A DNA stretch of 64,000 bases from Chloroflexota bacterium (GCA_026389585.1 JAPLHP010000036.1:41366-105365), one strand, 5' to 3'. Counted from the stretch's first letter, positions 20,614 through 30,167 are shown. Translations and numbers: made by a program. The notes: generated by a model from the sequence alone, not told the origin.

Positions 20614-20714
20614 TTTTCAGTAGCTTCTGACCCAGGGCTCCCAATCAGAAACGAGGGGAGCTAACAATCGGTCTTCACCAACAAGAATAAAACTTGGAAC
20701 GATATACCTAGAAC

Positions 20715-21170
20715 CTAGTGGCCAGTCGAACCAAACCCTGATGACCCTCGCGCCGTTTCTCTAATATCAGTCACTACACTTACTTCAACGTCCACAACCG
20801 GTAGTACCATTAATTGAGCGATACGGTCTCCCTGGTTGATGCGGTAGGGATTCGAACCGAAGTTCTTCAATTCCACCATAACCGTTCCGCGGTAGTCACT
20901 GTCGATCCACCCGGCTCCCACCTCTATATTCGCCCTAACTGACAGCCCAGACCGGGATGCTATCCTGCCAACCGTTCCATGAGGCAATTCTATAACAATT
21001 CCTGTCGATACAAGGGATCTGCCAACTTCAGCGCGCCCATCGGGCTCGCAATGAGTAGGCGGAACCTCCATACTTTCCGCTGCATAAAGGTCAAAGCCGG
21101 CACTCCCTGGAGTCATCTTCCCGGGTGGCTTCGCGGCCGGATGAACCAACTTGACTGCAAGCGTAGGCAT
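20715..21170 (-). CDS. dut: dUTP diphosphatase
   Basis: 151 aa, motifs GSAGFDL, RSGL, GWIDSDYRG. Confidence 0.85.
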   Translation of the reverse strand: MPTLAVKLVHPAAKPPGKMTPGSAGFDLYAAESMEVPPTHCEPDGRAEVGRSLVSTGIVIELPHGTVGRIASRSGLSVRANIEVGAGWIDSDYRGTVMVELKNFGSNPYRINQGDRIAQLMVLPVVDVEVSVVTDIRETARGSSGFGSTGH

Positions 21171-21281
21171 AGTGATTAACTAGAGTAGTCTAACTTAGAT
21201 GGAGTTCGATTCCCTAATACTCCCGGTTAAACCAGCCAGTAGATTATAGGGTTCAGGGCAGGCTTCATCAACTTGATCAGC

Positions 21282-21896
21282 CTACACAACCCCGGGGGAT
21301 ATATATAATCTATGGTCCAGGATATACTTTTCCACAGCTCCAGGTACCATCCGGCGAATGGAAGCCCCCTGTGCTACCCGGCGTCGAATATCAGAGGCGC
21401 TGACATTTACTTGCGGCACCTCTACGAAGGTAACATGCCTGGAAACACCCGTGATACATGATTCGAGCCACTCCAGTGGAGGAGGGGCAAAACCCGGTCT
21501 GGTGAATGCTACCAACTGGCAAATCTGTATGAGGCGGGACGGCTCCTTCCATCGCGGCAGGTCTGAAAGCACGTCACTCCCTAAAATGAAACTCAGTTTT
21601 GCTCCAGCGCCCAGCTGCCTTTGCAGTATATCAATGGTATCAACAGTAAAGGAGGGGCCAGGTCTATCGACCTCAGTAGTAGATACCTGGAAGTATCTCT
21701 TCCCAGCAATGGCAAGGCGTACCATCTCCACTCGGTGTCTCGCCGAGGAAATAGGAACATCTGCCTTGAGCCAAGGCTGCCCTGCCGGGACAAAAAAAAT
21801 CGTCTCTAAGCCAAGAACACTTTTCACCTTTTGCGCCGCAGCAATATGCCCACGGTGGACGGGGTCAAAGGTGCCTCCAAACACACCTATATTCAT
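21282..21896 (-). CDS. nadD: nicotinate-nucleotide adenylyltransferase
   Basis: 204 aa, GGTFDPVHRGH HxGH motif. Confidence 0.9.
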   Translation of the reverse strand: MNIGVFGGTFDPVHRGHIAAAQKVKSVLGLETIFFVPAGQPWLKADVPISSARHRVEMVRLAIAGKRYFQVSTTEVDRPGPSFTVDTIDILQRQLGAGAKLSFILGSDVLSDLPRWKEPSRLIQICQLVAFTRPGFAPPPLEWLESCITGVSRHVTFVEVPQVNVSASDIRRRVAQGASIRRMVPGAVEKYILDHRLYISPGVV

Positions 21897-22093
21897 GTCA
21901 GTCCTACTGCTTTACAGGCCATCTGCACAATTTCCGCATAATACCGACCTTCCTACCAACTCTCAAAGTAGTAGCCTGTAGCACATGAACTACACGTGAC
22001 TGCACTTATTGGATGCAGGGAATCTTATTGTGTATTAGTAGTCTAGTAGAGTAGATGATGTTTGGATAATAGATAGTAATAATAGTAGTAGGC
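21897..22093. promoter_or_regulatory. AT-rich region downstream of dnaA, candidate DNA-unwinding element / DnaA-box region of oriC
   Basis: TAGTAGT-rich stretch with near-consensus DnaA box TTTGGATAA. Lies at the strand-switch next to dnaA. Confidence 0.4.
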
Positions 22094-23410
22094 CTATGTG
22101 GGAAGATTAGCCACAATCTGGTGGATGTTTCTCTGCATTGCGGGATCAGTAGAAACTACGCCGGCTATTCTATGATAGCCCCTGAGAATGGTGGAGTGGT
22201 CTCTGCCGCCAAGCAACTTGCCGATATCCTGCAGGGGGCAATTTGTCTTCTCTCGTACAAGGTAGATGGCAATCTGGCGCGCCATGGCTAATCGATTGTC
22301 TCTCTTACGGCCTTTCAGGGATTCTAAACTTATCTGGAAGTGGTCGGCCACTGCCTTCAATATCGATGCTGGGGTGGTAGCATATGAGCCTAAATTATCC
22401 GAAGGCATATCGCGCAGAGCCTGCTGCGCCAACTCCAGTGTAGGATGCTGCTGTGCCATCTTTGCATCGGCGATAAGCGCAGTCAGGGCTCCCTCTAGTT
22501 CCCTGATATTTCGCTGGCAGCGCTGGGCGATGAAATCAAATACAGCTTCGTCGATGACAACCTGCTGTTTCTCGGCTCTTGCGTGAAGGATGGCCAAACG
22601 TGTTTCCAGGTCTGGTGCTTCAACCTGGGCAATAAGCCCGCATTCGAGGCGGGAACACAAGCTGCTCTCCAAGGTAGTCATCGCCTTTGGAGGGCGATCG
22701 CTGGTGATAACCAACTGGCGGTCAGTGTCCTGCAGTTCATTGAAGGTGTGAAACAGTGTTTCCTGTGTCTGCGGTTTGCCAACCAAGAACTGGATGTCCT
22801 CTATGACGAGAATGTCAGCGTTCCTGAATTTGCTGCGAAACTCCTCTGTCTTTCTCTCCCTGATTGAACTTATGAACTCATTGGTAAATTGCTCACTGCC
22901 AGTATAAACGACCTTGAATCCGTTTTCGGAAGCTTCATTCCCTATCGCGTGTGAAAGATGGGTCTTTCCCAGACCAGATCCACCGTGGATGAAAAGCGGA
23001 TTGTACTGCCGCCCTGGCTCCTCAGATATTCCCAAGGCAGCAGCGTAGGCAAGACGGTTTGAACTCCCAACGACGAAGTTTTCGAAGGTATACCTCGGGT
23101 TGCCCACTGGTGGTGGCAGCTTCGATTGTGAGTGGTTCTGGCCCTGCCAGACAGAGTCCTGGTCCGGGCAGACCTGGAACAGAACCTCAACCTCATGCCC
23201 TACAAGGCTGATGAGCACCTTTATTACCAAAGAATGAAGACGCTTTTCCAGCCATTCCTTGGCGAAAGCGCTGGGAGTTCCAATTACAAATTGATTTCCT
23301 TGGTGACTGATCCCTACAGTGTCCTTTAGCCAGGTTTCGAAGTTGGCTTTGCTAACCTGAACCTGAAGGGCACCTTTGGCAGTCTCCCAAGTCTCTTTAG
23401 CTGTTTTCAT
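22094..23410 (-). CDS. dnaA: chromosomal replication initiator protein DnaA
   Basis: 438 aa, AAA+ Walker A GGSGLGKTHL, sensor motifs, C-terminal DnaA-box binding domain (LQDIGKLLGGRDHSTI). Confidence 0.95.
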   Translation of the reverse strand: MKTAKETWETAKGALQVQVSKANFETWLKDTVGISHQGNQFVIGTPSAFAKEWLEKRLHSLVIKVLISLVGHEVEVLFQVCPDQDSVWQGQNHSQSKLPPPVGNPRYTFENFVVGSSNRLAYAAALGISEEPGRQYNPLFIHGGSGLGKTHLSHAIGNEASENGFKVVYTGSEQFTNEFISSIRERKTEEFRSKFRNADILVIEDIQFLVGKPQTQETLFHTFNELQDTDRQLVITSDRPPKAMTTLESSLCSRLECGLIAQVEAPDLETRLAILHARAEKQQVVIDEAVFDFIAQRCQRNIRELEGALTALIADAKMAQQHPTLELAQQALRDMPSDNLGSYATTPASILKAVADHFQISLESLKGRKRDNRLAMARQIAIYLVREKTNCPLQDIGKLLGGRDHSTILRGYHRIAGVVSTDPAMQRNIHQIVANLPT

Positions 23411-24035
23411 ACCCCCCTTTATGGGCTAAAAAGTCTTGTTCTGCGACGTGAGGATTCGGAATTATTTAAGAAGCGAGAAATTACTGAACAAAGCCTTCTC
23501 CCCGAGGATGTGGCTGGATAAGTATAGAACTGCCCTCCTTGGGCTGGTCAAGGGCTTAACTTTATGTTGCGTTGCTCTTGAGGATTGGCCCCACTTATAT
23601 TTAGAAGGGTTGCCCCCGAAAAGCCTTTTATGAGTTTACAACCGTCCCTGTTTCCCAGGTCAAGGGGTTTACTTTATGTCTTGTTGGCTGATGTGAGATT
23701 CTCCCTGTAGTGACACACTCGATCTGTAAAATACCAACCAATGCCGTTTCATGTGTCAGCAAGTTGTTAGCAGCCTTGCTGCTAACAACGTTCCTGAGAC
23801 CTCTGCCTCGTCTATGCGTATCTTTGTGTGCTTGCACAGATATTTCACAAGGTTATTTGCGGTACCGGCATCAGCCTAGACTCCGCAATCCCGAGGTAAC
23901 GTGCCGACAACTTCCGGGTACCACTTGACAACCCCGTTTTCCCATGGTATTATGCAGTGCATAGTAGTATCAGCATAACAATACCCCTTCCCGGAGTCGC
24001 TGAGAGGAACGAGAAAGCAGACGAAATCGAGGTCA
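23411..24035. promoter_or_regulatory. dnaA upstream / divergent intergenic region: candidate oriC and promoters
   Basis: 625-bp gene-free region between divergent dnaA and PadR genes. Perfect palindrome TTGTTAGCAGCcttGCTGCTAACAA (~23761-23785). TTGACA-17-TATTAT promoter (~23925-23955) upstream of the PadR operon. Confidence 0.5.
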
Positions 24036-24440
24036 GTGAGCATGTGGGGAAACAAGAAGAACGTTGATGAGACAGAATCGGCTGACAAGAAGTTTCAGAA
24101 GGAGCTCGTTTCGGGTGTGGCTGCGCTGGTTCTCCTGAGCATCCTCAACGAGGCGAAGGAGCCCATGTACGGCTATCAGATTGCCAAGGTCATCGACGGA
24201 CAGGCAGAAGACGCGGCCGTGCTGAAGCAGGGAGCTCTCTATCCGGTCCTTCGATCACTGGAGAGCAGCGGGCTACTGGAAAGCCGCGTCGAACCGTCCG
24301 TCTCCGGGCCCCCGCGGCGGTACTACCAGATCACGGAGTTGGGTCGGGGCACACTGGCGCGCTGGCGGGAGATGTGGAACCAAATGAGAACCTTCGTGGA
24401 CACCGTGATGAAAGGAGAGGGCAATGATAAAGAGCGTTGA
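24036..24440 (+). CDS. PadR-family transcriptional regulator
   Basis: Winged helix MYGYQIAKVI...GALYPVLRSLESSGLLES typical of PadR. Confidence 0.85.
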   Translation: MSMWGNKKNVDETESADKKFQKELVSGVAALVLLSILNEAKEPMYGYQIAKVIDGQAEDAAVLKQGALYPVLRSLESSGLLESRVEPSVSGPPRRYYQITELGRGTLARWREMWNQMRTFVDTVMKGEGNDKER

Positions 24441-25332
24441 TGAGTATTTGAGTCTGCTCAGGAAGGAATTAGCTGGAAGCGACGCTGCTGTGGTCCAAGA
24501 TGCCCTCGCCGATGCTGAAGAGCATCTCCGAACGGCACTGGCCCAGGCCATCAATGGCAATCCCAACGCCTCAGAGGCAGAAGCCCTCCCGGCGATCGCC
24601 GAGAAGTATGGATCACCGCAAGAGATTGCGGCAGCCTACAGGCAAATGGAGGCCCGCCTTCCTGCCGGCCTGGGCAGGTACACATACGCGGGGCATCGAT
24701 CAGTCTTCTCCCGCTTCTTTGGTGTGTTGGCTGATCCCAGGGCCTGGGGTGCACTCCTCTATCTCCTTCTCTCCCTGGCCATCGGCATTGTGTTTTTCAC
24801 GTGGGCAGTCGTCGGTGTGTCTCTATCGCTCGGGCTGTCGGTTCTCATCGTCGGGCTGCCGTTTGCCGTTCTCTTTCTCCTGTCCATCCGCGGCATCGCC
24901 TTCATCGAAGGCCGCATGGTTGAGGCCTTACTCGGAGTCCGTATGCCCCGCAGGCGGATGTTCTCCGATGACAGAACCGGATTCTGGAAGAGAATCAAGG
25001 ACTTGTTCACACAAAGGATCACCTGGACAGCACTGGCATACTGCATATTGCGGCTAGGTCTCGGCATTGTCTACTTCGCCGTCTTCGCCGTTCTGGTTGG
25101 CCTCTCAATCTACCTCATCGCGATGCCAATTACCGTGGGTATTCTGGACATGCCGGCCTACATCATTCTGGGAAACACTGAGTATCTGGCCACTACTTGG
25201 TCCATACCCTTCTTCTTCCTGTTGGGCATGCTCCTGCTCACGGCCACCATGCACTTGACAAAGTTGGTGGGTAGGGTGCACGGGGCGCTGGCCAAGTTCA
25301 TGCTGGTGTCGAAGAAGGACTGGGAGGATTAA
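24424..25332 (+). CDS. DUF1700/HAAS-type membrane sensor-like protein (PadR-associated)
   Basis: N-terminal MIKSVDEYLSLLRKEL...EAEEHLR (DUF1700 family), then a multi-TM C-terminus. Overlaps the PadR stop. Confidence 0.6.
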   Translation: MIKSVDEYLSLLRKELAGSDAAVVQDALADAEEHLRTALAQAINGNPNASEAEALPAIAEKYGSPQEIAAAYRQMEARLPAGLGRYTYAGHRSVFSRFFGVLADPRAWGALLYLLLSLAIGIVFFTWAVVGVSLSLGLSVLIVGLPFAVLFLLSIRGIAFIEGRMVEALLGVRMPRRRMFSDDRTGFWKRIKDLFTQRITWTALAYCILRLGLGIVYFAVFAVLVGLSIYLIAMPITVGILDMPAYIILGNTEYLATTWSIPFFFLLGMLLLTATMHLTKLVGRVHGALAKFMLVSKKDWED

Positions 25333-25391
25333 AGGTTGTCGCGCGTCGTGAGCAAAGACAGAGGAGCATCGGATCAAAGAGGAGGAGACAG

Positions 25392-26312
25392 ATGAGGAAG
25401 TCACTGACTGGCCATCTTGCAGGAAGGCAACAGAAGCCCTGGGTGCATCGCATAGGGCAGCCATTGAGCCCCATCCCCATCATGCTCATCGTTACCCTCG
25501 CCTCCCTGGTCGGCTTGATGGTGCTGGCTTCCTCCGCATGTACGACGCAGTCAGCCGTAAGCACCAAGACCAATAACTTCAACGTCGGTGACTCTCTCAC
25601 CCTCAATGTAACCACGCTGGGCGGGCGGATCGAGGTCAGTGCCGGCTCAGACAACGTTGTCACGGTGAGGGCCGAACTAAGAGACATCCGCCGGATCAAG
25701 TACCTAGCCATTCAGAGTGGCAATGAGGTCACCATTACGGCTGAAAAGACAGGGAAGTGGTGGTTCCCTGCCGGCAATACCAGGGCAGACATCTATGTGA
25801 CTGTGCCCCCTCACACGGCCCTGAAGCTGAGTACCAGCAACAGCAAGATCGAGGTCCAGGGAACAACCGCCGGTGGTATCCTCGAGACATCGAACGAATC
25901 CATAGTCCTCGACAATGTCAAAGGTGACTATGTTGCCACAACCAGCAATGGCGACGTTGCGATCTATACCATAGAAGGCAGTGCCTACGTCAAGACATCC
26001 AACGGCGAGGTAGGATTGAACGAAGCCAAAGGGGAATTCAACGCCACAACCAGCGGCGGAAACGTGTCCTTCAGCGGCCAGATGACGCCCGGAGGAAGCA
26101 ACCGTCTGGTCACCAGCAACGGGTTCATTGAGGTAGCGTTGGCCGGAACGCCCAGTGTCCAGCTTGACGCCTCCACCACCAACGCAAAGGTCGAGTGTGC
26201 GTTGCCGATACTGGCCACGAAGACCGATACACACCACCTCGTAGGAACAATCGGTGCCGGAGAAGCGAATCTTTACATCGAGACTTACAACGGGAACGTG
26301 ACCATCAAGTAG
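25392..26312 (+). CDS. DUF4097-family beta-repeat protein (putative adhesin-like, LiaG-like)
   Basis: 306 aa, signal/TM then repeated TSNG.I.V/NGNV beta-strand units. Confidence 0.6.
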   Translation: MRKSLTGHLAGRQQKPWVHRIGQPLSPIPIMLIVTLASLVGLMVLASSACTTQSAVSTKTNNFNVGDSLTLNVTTLGGRIEVSAGSDNVVTVRAELRDIRRIKYLAIQSGNEVTITAEKTGKWWFPAGNTRADIYVTVPPHTALKLSTSNSKIEVQGTTAGGILETSNESIVLDNVKGDYVATTSNGDVAIYTIEGSAYVKTSNGEVGLNEAKGEFNATTSGGNVSFSGQMTPGGSNRLVTSNGFIEVALAGTPSVQLDASTTNAKVECALPILATKTDTHHLVGTIGAGEANLYIETYNGNVTIK

Positions 26313-27048
26313 CCACCCAGCAGATATCCCAAGAGGCAAGACAGCCTCGACAGCAGGGTCCACGACCAAACCCTCAGAGTCGAAGAACAGGAGCAGCAGA
26401 CGACATGCACAGACCACGCGCCTGAGCATCAATAGACCACAGCCCTATGAGGACCATGGTGCATCTAGCTAGAGTTCTTCATGGCGTTGCCTAATGCATG
26501 AGGCTTCACTCTGAGGCTTAAAGACAGCACACCCTGTTGTGGCGTCCATCAATCCTGCAGGGGGTGTTTCTGGCGTCAACGTAGCCTGGTCAAGGCAACC
26601 CCCTCGCAAGCAAGGCGTCTCGGGCGCTTTTTTGTAGGACATAGTGGTAGGCACCCTTCGACGGCCTTGACCAGGCGGGGCGTTGGAACAAGCGTCGAAC
26701 CAAGAGGGCTTCGCCCTCTTGCCTGGAACCGCGCACCCCCATCGTCCCTCGTATCCCTCTCTCGATCTTGGGCCTGGTAGAGCAGTGCACCTTAGTGGTG
26801 TCATGAGTATCACTACACCTTGTCTTTTCATTCCGTAGATCAAGAAAAAACTATTTAGTGGTAATAGTACGGCAGATGCTATTGTGCAACAGCGATGGCT
26901 GATAGGGGTGGCCCAAAGCTACGGGAAGGTGTGCAAAAGAGGTGCATAGAATCGGCGGGCTGTGCATGGTGGTTAGCAAATTGTTAGCAAAAGTGTCAGA
27001 ATATGCTGAGGGTTGACATGGATCAGGGGGCATTTTGTGAGGGGAAAG

Positions 27049-27125
27049 TGGCGCGCCTAGAGGGATTCGAACCCTCGACCCTCGGTTCCGAAGACCGATG
27101 CTCTGATCCGCTGAGCTATAGGCGC
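27049..27125 (-). tRNA. tRNA-Arg (anticodon TCG)
   Basis: Minus-strand GCGCCTATAGCTCAGCGGATCAGAGCATCGGTCTTCGGAACCGAGGGTCGAGGGTTCGAATCCCTCTAGGCGCGCCA folds as a cloverleaf. Anticodon loop CTTCGGA, CCA encoded. Confidence 0.85.
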
Positions 27126-27202
27126 TGGGGTGGACGGAGGGATTCGAACCCTCGATCTCCAGGGCCACAACCTGGCGCCTTAAACCACTGGGCTACGCCC
27201 AC
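27126..27202 (-). tRNA. tRNA-His (anticodon GTG) with G-1
   Basis: Minus-strand GGTGGGCGTAGCCCAGTGGTTTAAGGCGCCAGGTTGTGGCCCTGGAGATCGAGGGTTCGAATCCCTCCGTCCACCCCA. Anticodon loop TTGTGGC, extra 5' G pairs with C73. Directly abuts tRNA-Arg. Confidence 0.85.
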
Positions 27203-27221
27203 CACGAGGCCATTTTAGCAT

Positions 27222-27950
27222 TTGCAGGAGGCGATTATCAAGCTGAGAAAGCTACCCCGGGAGAAGGTGGGGGCTGTTGTTGCTGCCGCTGGCAATAGCC
27301 GGCGGATGGGTGGAGTGGACAAGATTTTTGCGGACCTCGCTGGCAAACCGGTCCTGGCTCATGTGCTTGAAGTGTTTGAGAAATGTGGTGCAGTGGATCA
27401 GGTGGTGGTCGTGCTGAATGAGGTGAGCCTGGAGCGAGGGCGAGAGGTGGTAAAGGAAGGAAGGTTTCACAAGGTGGCGCAGGTATGCGGCGGTGGAGAA
27501 CGGCGCCAGGATTCGGTAGCCGAGGGGCTGAAAGGGCTGGGAGGGTGCCACTGGGTGGTGATTCATGATGGGGCGCGTCCTTGCATCACTCCTGATCTGA
27601 TAGAGCAGGGGTTAGAGGAGGCCTCTCAGACTGGGGCGGCTATTGCCGCGGTACCTGTGAAGGAAACCGTAAAAATAGTTGAAGCCGAGGGGACAATTCG
27701 GAATACCCCTCAGCGAGAAAACCTCTGGATGGCACAGACCCCGCAGGTGTTTCGCTTCGATATAATAATGGAGGCATACAGGCAGGCTAAAGGGGAAGTG
27801 ACGGATGATGCTGCTCTGGTGGAGGCACTTGGGTATAAGGTCAGAGTCTACATGGGCTCCTATGATAATATTAAGATTACCACGCTAGAGGACTTAGCCC
27901 TGGCAGAGATCATTTTGAGGAGGAGACATGAGGGTTGGCATCGGCTATGA
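27222..27950 (+). CDS. ispD: 2-C-methyl-D-erythritol 4-phosphate cytidylyltransferase
   Basis: VVAAAGNSRRMGG...DGARP motifs. True start likely a GTG near 27264 after GGAGAAGG. Confidence 0.85.
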   Translation: MQEAIIKLRKLPREKVGAVVAAAGNSRRMGGVDKIFADLAGKPVLAHVLEVFEKCGAVDQVVVVLNEVSLERGREVVKEGRFHKVAQVCGGGERRQDSVAEGLKGLGGCHWVVIHDGARPCITPDLIEQGLEEASQTGAAIAAVPVKETVKIVEAEGTIRNTPQRENLWMAQTPQVFRFDIIMEAYRQAKGEVTDDAALVEALGYKVRVYMGSYDNIKITTLEDLALAEIILRRRHEGWHRL

Positions 27951-28419
27951 TGTTCATCCTTTAGTGCAGGGAAGAAGGCTTCGGTTAGGGGGTATAGAGA
28001 TACCCTTTGACAAGGGGCTTGATGGCCATAGCGATGCCGATGTTCTGGTGCATGCCATTATCGATGCTTTGTTAGGCGCGGCTGGTTTAGGGGATATAGG
28101 TATTCACTTTCCCTCCTCTGATCCGAGGTATAAGGACATCTACAGTATCACGCTTCTTCGCCAGGTAGCCACGCTGCTCCAAACGGAAGGATGGCAGGTG
28201 TGTAATATTGATGCTACCATAGTGGCGGAAAAGCCTCACCTGTCCCCCTTTGTCCCTCAGATGCGGAAATTGATCGGCCAGACCCTGGGTATCGGCATAG
28301 AGCAAGTGGGGGTAAAAAGCACTACTTCTAAAGGGCTCGGCTTTTTGGGGGAAGAGAAGGCGATAGCTGTATATGCTGTGGCCTTAGTGGACAAGGTCGC
28401 ACATGAGGTCAAAACCTGA
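27928..28419 (+). CDS. ispF: 2-C-methyl-D-erythritol 2,4-cyclodiphosphate synthase
   Basis: MRVGIGYDVHPL...GHSDADVLVHA canonical IspF; overlaps the ispD end. Confidence 0.9.
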   Translation: MRVGIGYDVHPLVQGRRLRLGGIEIPFDKGLDGHSDADVLVHAIIDALLGAAGLGDIGIHFPSSDPRYKDIYSITLLRQVATLLQTEGWQVCNIDATIVAEKPHLSPFVPQMRKLIGQTLGIGIEQVGVKSTTSKGLGFLGEEKAIAVYAVALVDKVAHEVKT

Positions 28420-28477
28420 GAACACTGAGAGTCTATTCGGGCTATTGATATTAAACAGTCCAGGTTAGGGAGCGATC

Positions 28478-29857
28478 GTGAAGATATATAACACTCTTTC
28501 AGGGCGGGAAGAAGAGTTCGTGCCTCAGGGTGAGGTGGTGAGGATGTATGTCTGTGGTGTTACTCCTTACGCTGAGTGCCATCTTGGCCATGCCATGAGC
28601 TATGTAGTCTTCGACGTGGTGCGACGCTACCTGGAGTTTAAGGGATACAAGGTGAAGCATGTGCAAAACTTTACCGATATTGACGACAAGATTATCGATC
28701 GAGCGCACAAATCGGGCACTTCTCCTGCCGAGTTGGCTGAAAAGTTTATTTCCCAATACTTTGTTGATATGGATAAGCTGAATATTAAGAGGGCTCACGT
28801 GTATCCTAGAGCTACTGAAGAGATACCCAAAATCATTGAAGTAGTTCAGGGCCTGGTTGACAGGGGGCATGCCTACCAGGCAGGTGGCGATGTCTACTTC
28901 AGGGTGAGCAGTGCTCCGGATTATGGAAAGCTCAGCCACCAGGGCCTTGAAGCCCTGCAAGCGGGGGCGCGTGTAGAAGTAGGAGCCGGCAAGGAATATC
29001 CTCTTGATTTTGCCTTGTGGAAGGCGGCGAAGCCCGGTGAGCCGTGGTGGGAAAGCCCTTGGGGCAGGGGGAGACCTGGCTGGCACATTGAATGCAGCGC
29101 CATGTCCCTGAGACACCTGGGTGAGACCTTAGACATACATGGCGGAGGACAGGACCTGATCTTTCCGCATCATGAGAATGAGATAGCCCAATCGGAAAGC
29201 TTTACTGAGGTCACCCCCTTCGTCAAGTACTGGATGCATAATGGTTTCGTGCAACTGGGTGGAGAGAAGATGAGCAAGTCCCTGGGGATTCTTGTTACCA
29301 TCAAGGAGGTCTTGGAACGCTTTACTCCTGATGCAATACGGTTCTTCATCCTGAGCTCCCACTATCGTAGCCCGATCAGCTTCAGCGAGGAGAACCTGGC
29401 GGCTGCGGAAAAGGGTGTGGAAAGACTGCGGCAGTCAGCCCTTGACAATGGTCAGTGTGAGGTGAAAGGATCGACAGGGGCAATTGACGCCGAATTGTTT
29501 CGGCAGAGGTTCATCGATGCCATGGATGATGACTTCAATACAGCTCAGGCCGTGGCGGCCTTGTTCGACCTGGCCAGGGAGATTAACCGGGCTACAAGTC
29601 AAGGTGCTGATGTGCGGCAGGCTCGAGAGAATTTGATTGAACTGGGAAACGTTCTGGGGTTTACCTTTCAAGAGAAGGAAATCAAGTTGGCTGCCGAGCC
29701 CTTCATTGACTTGCTGATTTCGATTCGTGCTGAGCTGAGGAACGAGAAGCAATGGCGGATGGCTGACAGAGTCCGCTCGTGCTTGAAGGATCTGGGGATA
29801 GTTCTCGAGGACACGCCTCAAGGAACTATTTGGAAGTATGAGAAACCGATGGGGTGA
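28478..29857 (+). CDS. cysS: cysteinyl-tRNA synthetase
   Basis: 459 aa, HIGH (CHLGHAMS) and KMSKS (KMSKSLGI) motifs. Confidence 0.9.
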   Translation: MKIYNTLSGREEEFVPQGEVVRMYVCGVTPYAECHLGHAMSYVVFDVVRRYLEFKGYKVKHVQNFTDIDDKIIDRAHKSGTSPAELAEKFISQYFVDMDKLNIKRAHVYPRATEEIPKIIEVVQGLVDRGHAYQAGGDVYFRVSSAPDYGKLSHQGLEALQAGARVEVGAGKEYPLDFALWKAAKPGEPWWESPWGRGRPGWHIECSAMSLRHLGETLDIHGGGQDLIFPHHENEIAQSESFTEVTPFVKYWMHNGFVQLGGEKMSKSLGILVTIKEVLERFTPDAIRFFILSSHYRSPISFSEENLAAAEKGVERLRQSALDNGQCEVKGSTGAIDAELFRQRFIDAMDDDFNTAQAVAALFDLAREINRATSQGADVRQARENLIELGNVLGFTFQEKEIKLAAEPFIDLLISIRAELRNEKQWRMADRVRSCLKDLGIVLEDTPQGTIWKYEKPMG

Positions 29858-30013
29858 GGGGTGGTTGCGGATTCAGGCTTCATTCTCGCCGTGACCCTGA
29901 TTTCTCTATAATGTCTGTAGCCATTGCAGACATGCTGTTGCAGATGTGCTTGACGAACACTCAAGTATGTGCTAGTCTCAGCACAAATCTAGCTGAAAAG
30001 GAGGGTTTAGACT

Positions 30014-30157
30014 ATGTCACAGGCTTACTGCGTGAAGTGCAAGAAAAAGGTGGAGATCCTGACCCCAAAGCAGATCATCATGAAGAACAAGCGTCCTGCG
30101 ATCCAAGGTTTGTGCCCGAAATGCAAGACCAAGGTATTCCGCATAGGTAAGGGCTAA
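30014..30157 (+). CDS. 47-aa double-CxxC zinc-ribbon protein, hypothetical
   Basis: MSQAYCVKCKKKVEILTPKQIIMKNKRPAIQGLCPKCKTKVFRIGKG. AAGGAGGG RBS 6 nt upstream, TTGACG-17-TAGTCT promoter upstream, stem-loop downstream. Below the ORF-table size cutoff. Confidence 0.55.
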   Translation: MSQAYCVKCKKKVEILTPKQIIMKNKRPAIQGLCPKCKTKVFRIGKG

Positions 30158-30167
30158 TCTCAGTACT

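Noticed and set aside
24500-25057. 185-aa plus ORF
   Set aside because: It is an alternative frame inside the DUF1700 membrane-protein gene with Pro/Ser/Arg-rich composition. Spurious.
25704-26432. 242-aa minus ORF
   Set aside because: It is antisense to the DUF4097 gene, with no motifs and a Gly/Val/Leu-rich shadow frame.
26469-27168. Two minus-strand ORFs (124 and 105 aa) in the region downstream of the tRNAs
   Set aside because: The second overlaps both tRNA genes, and the first lies in a region with strong long-range inverted repeats. There are no RBS or coding signatures, so the region is more likely non-coding.
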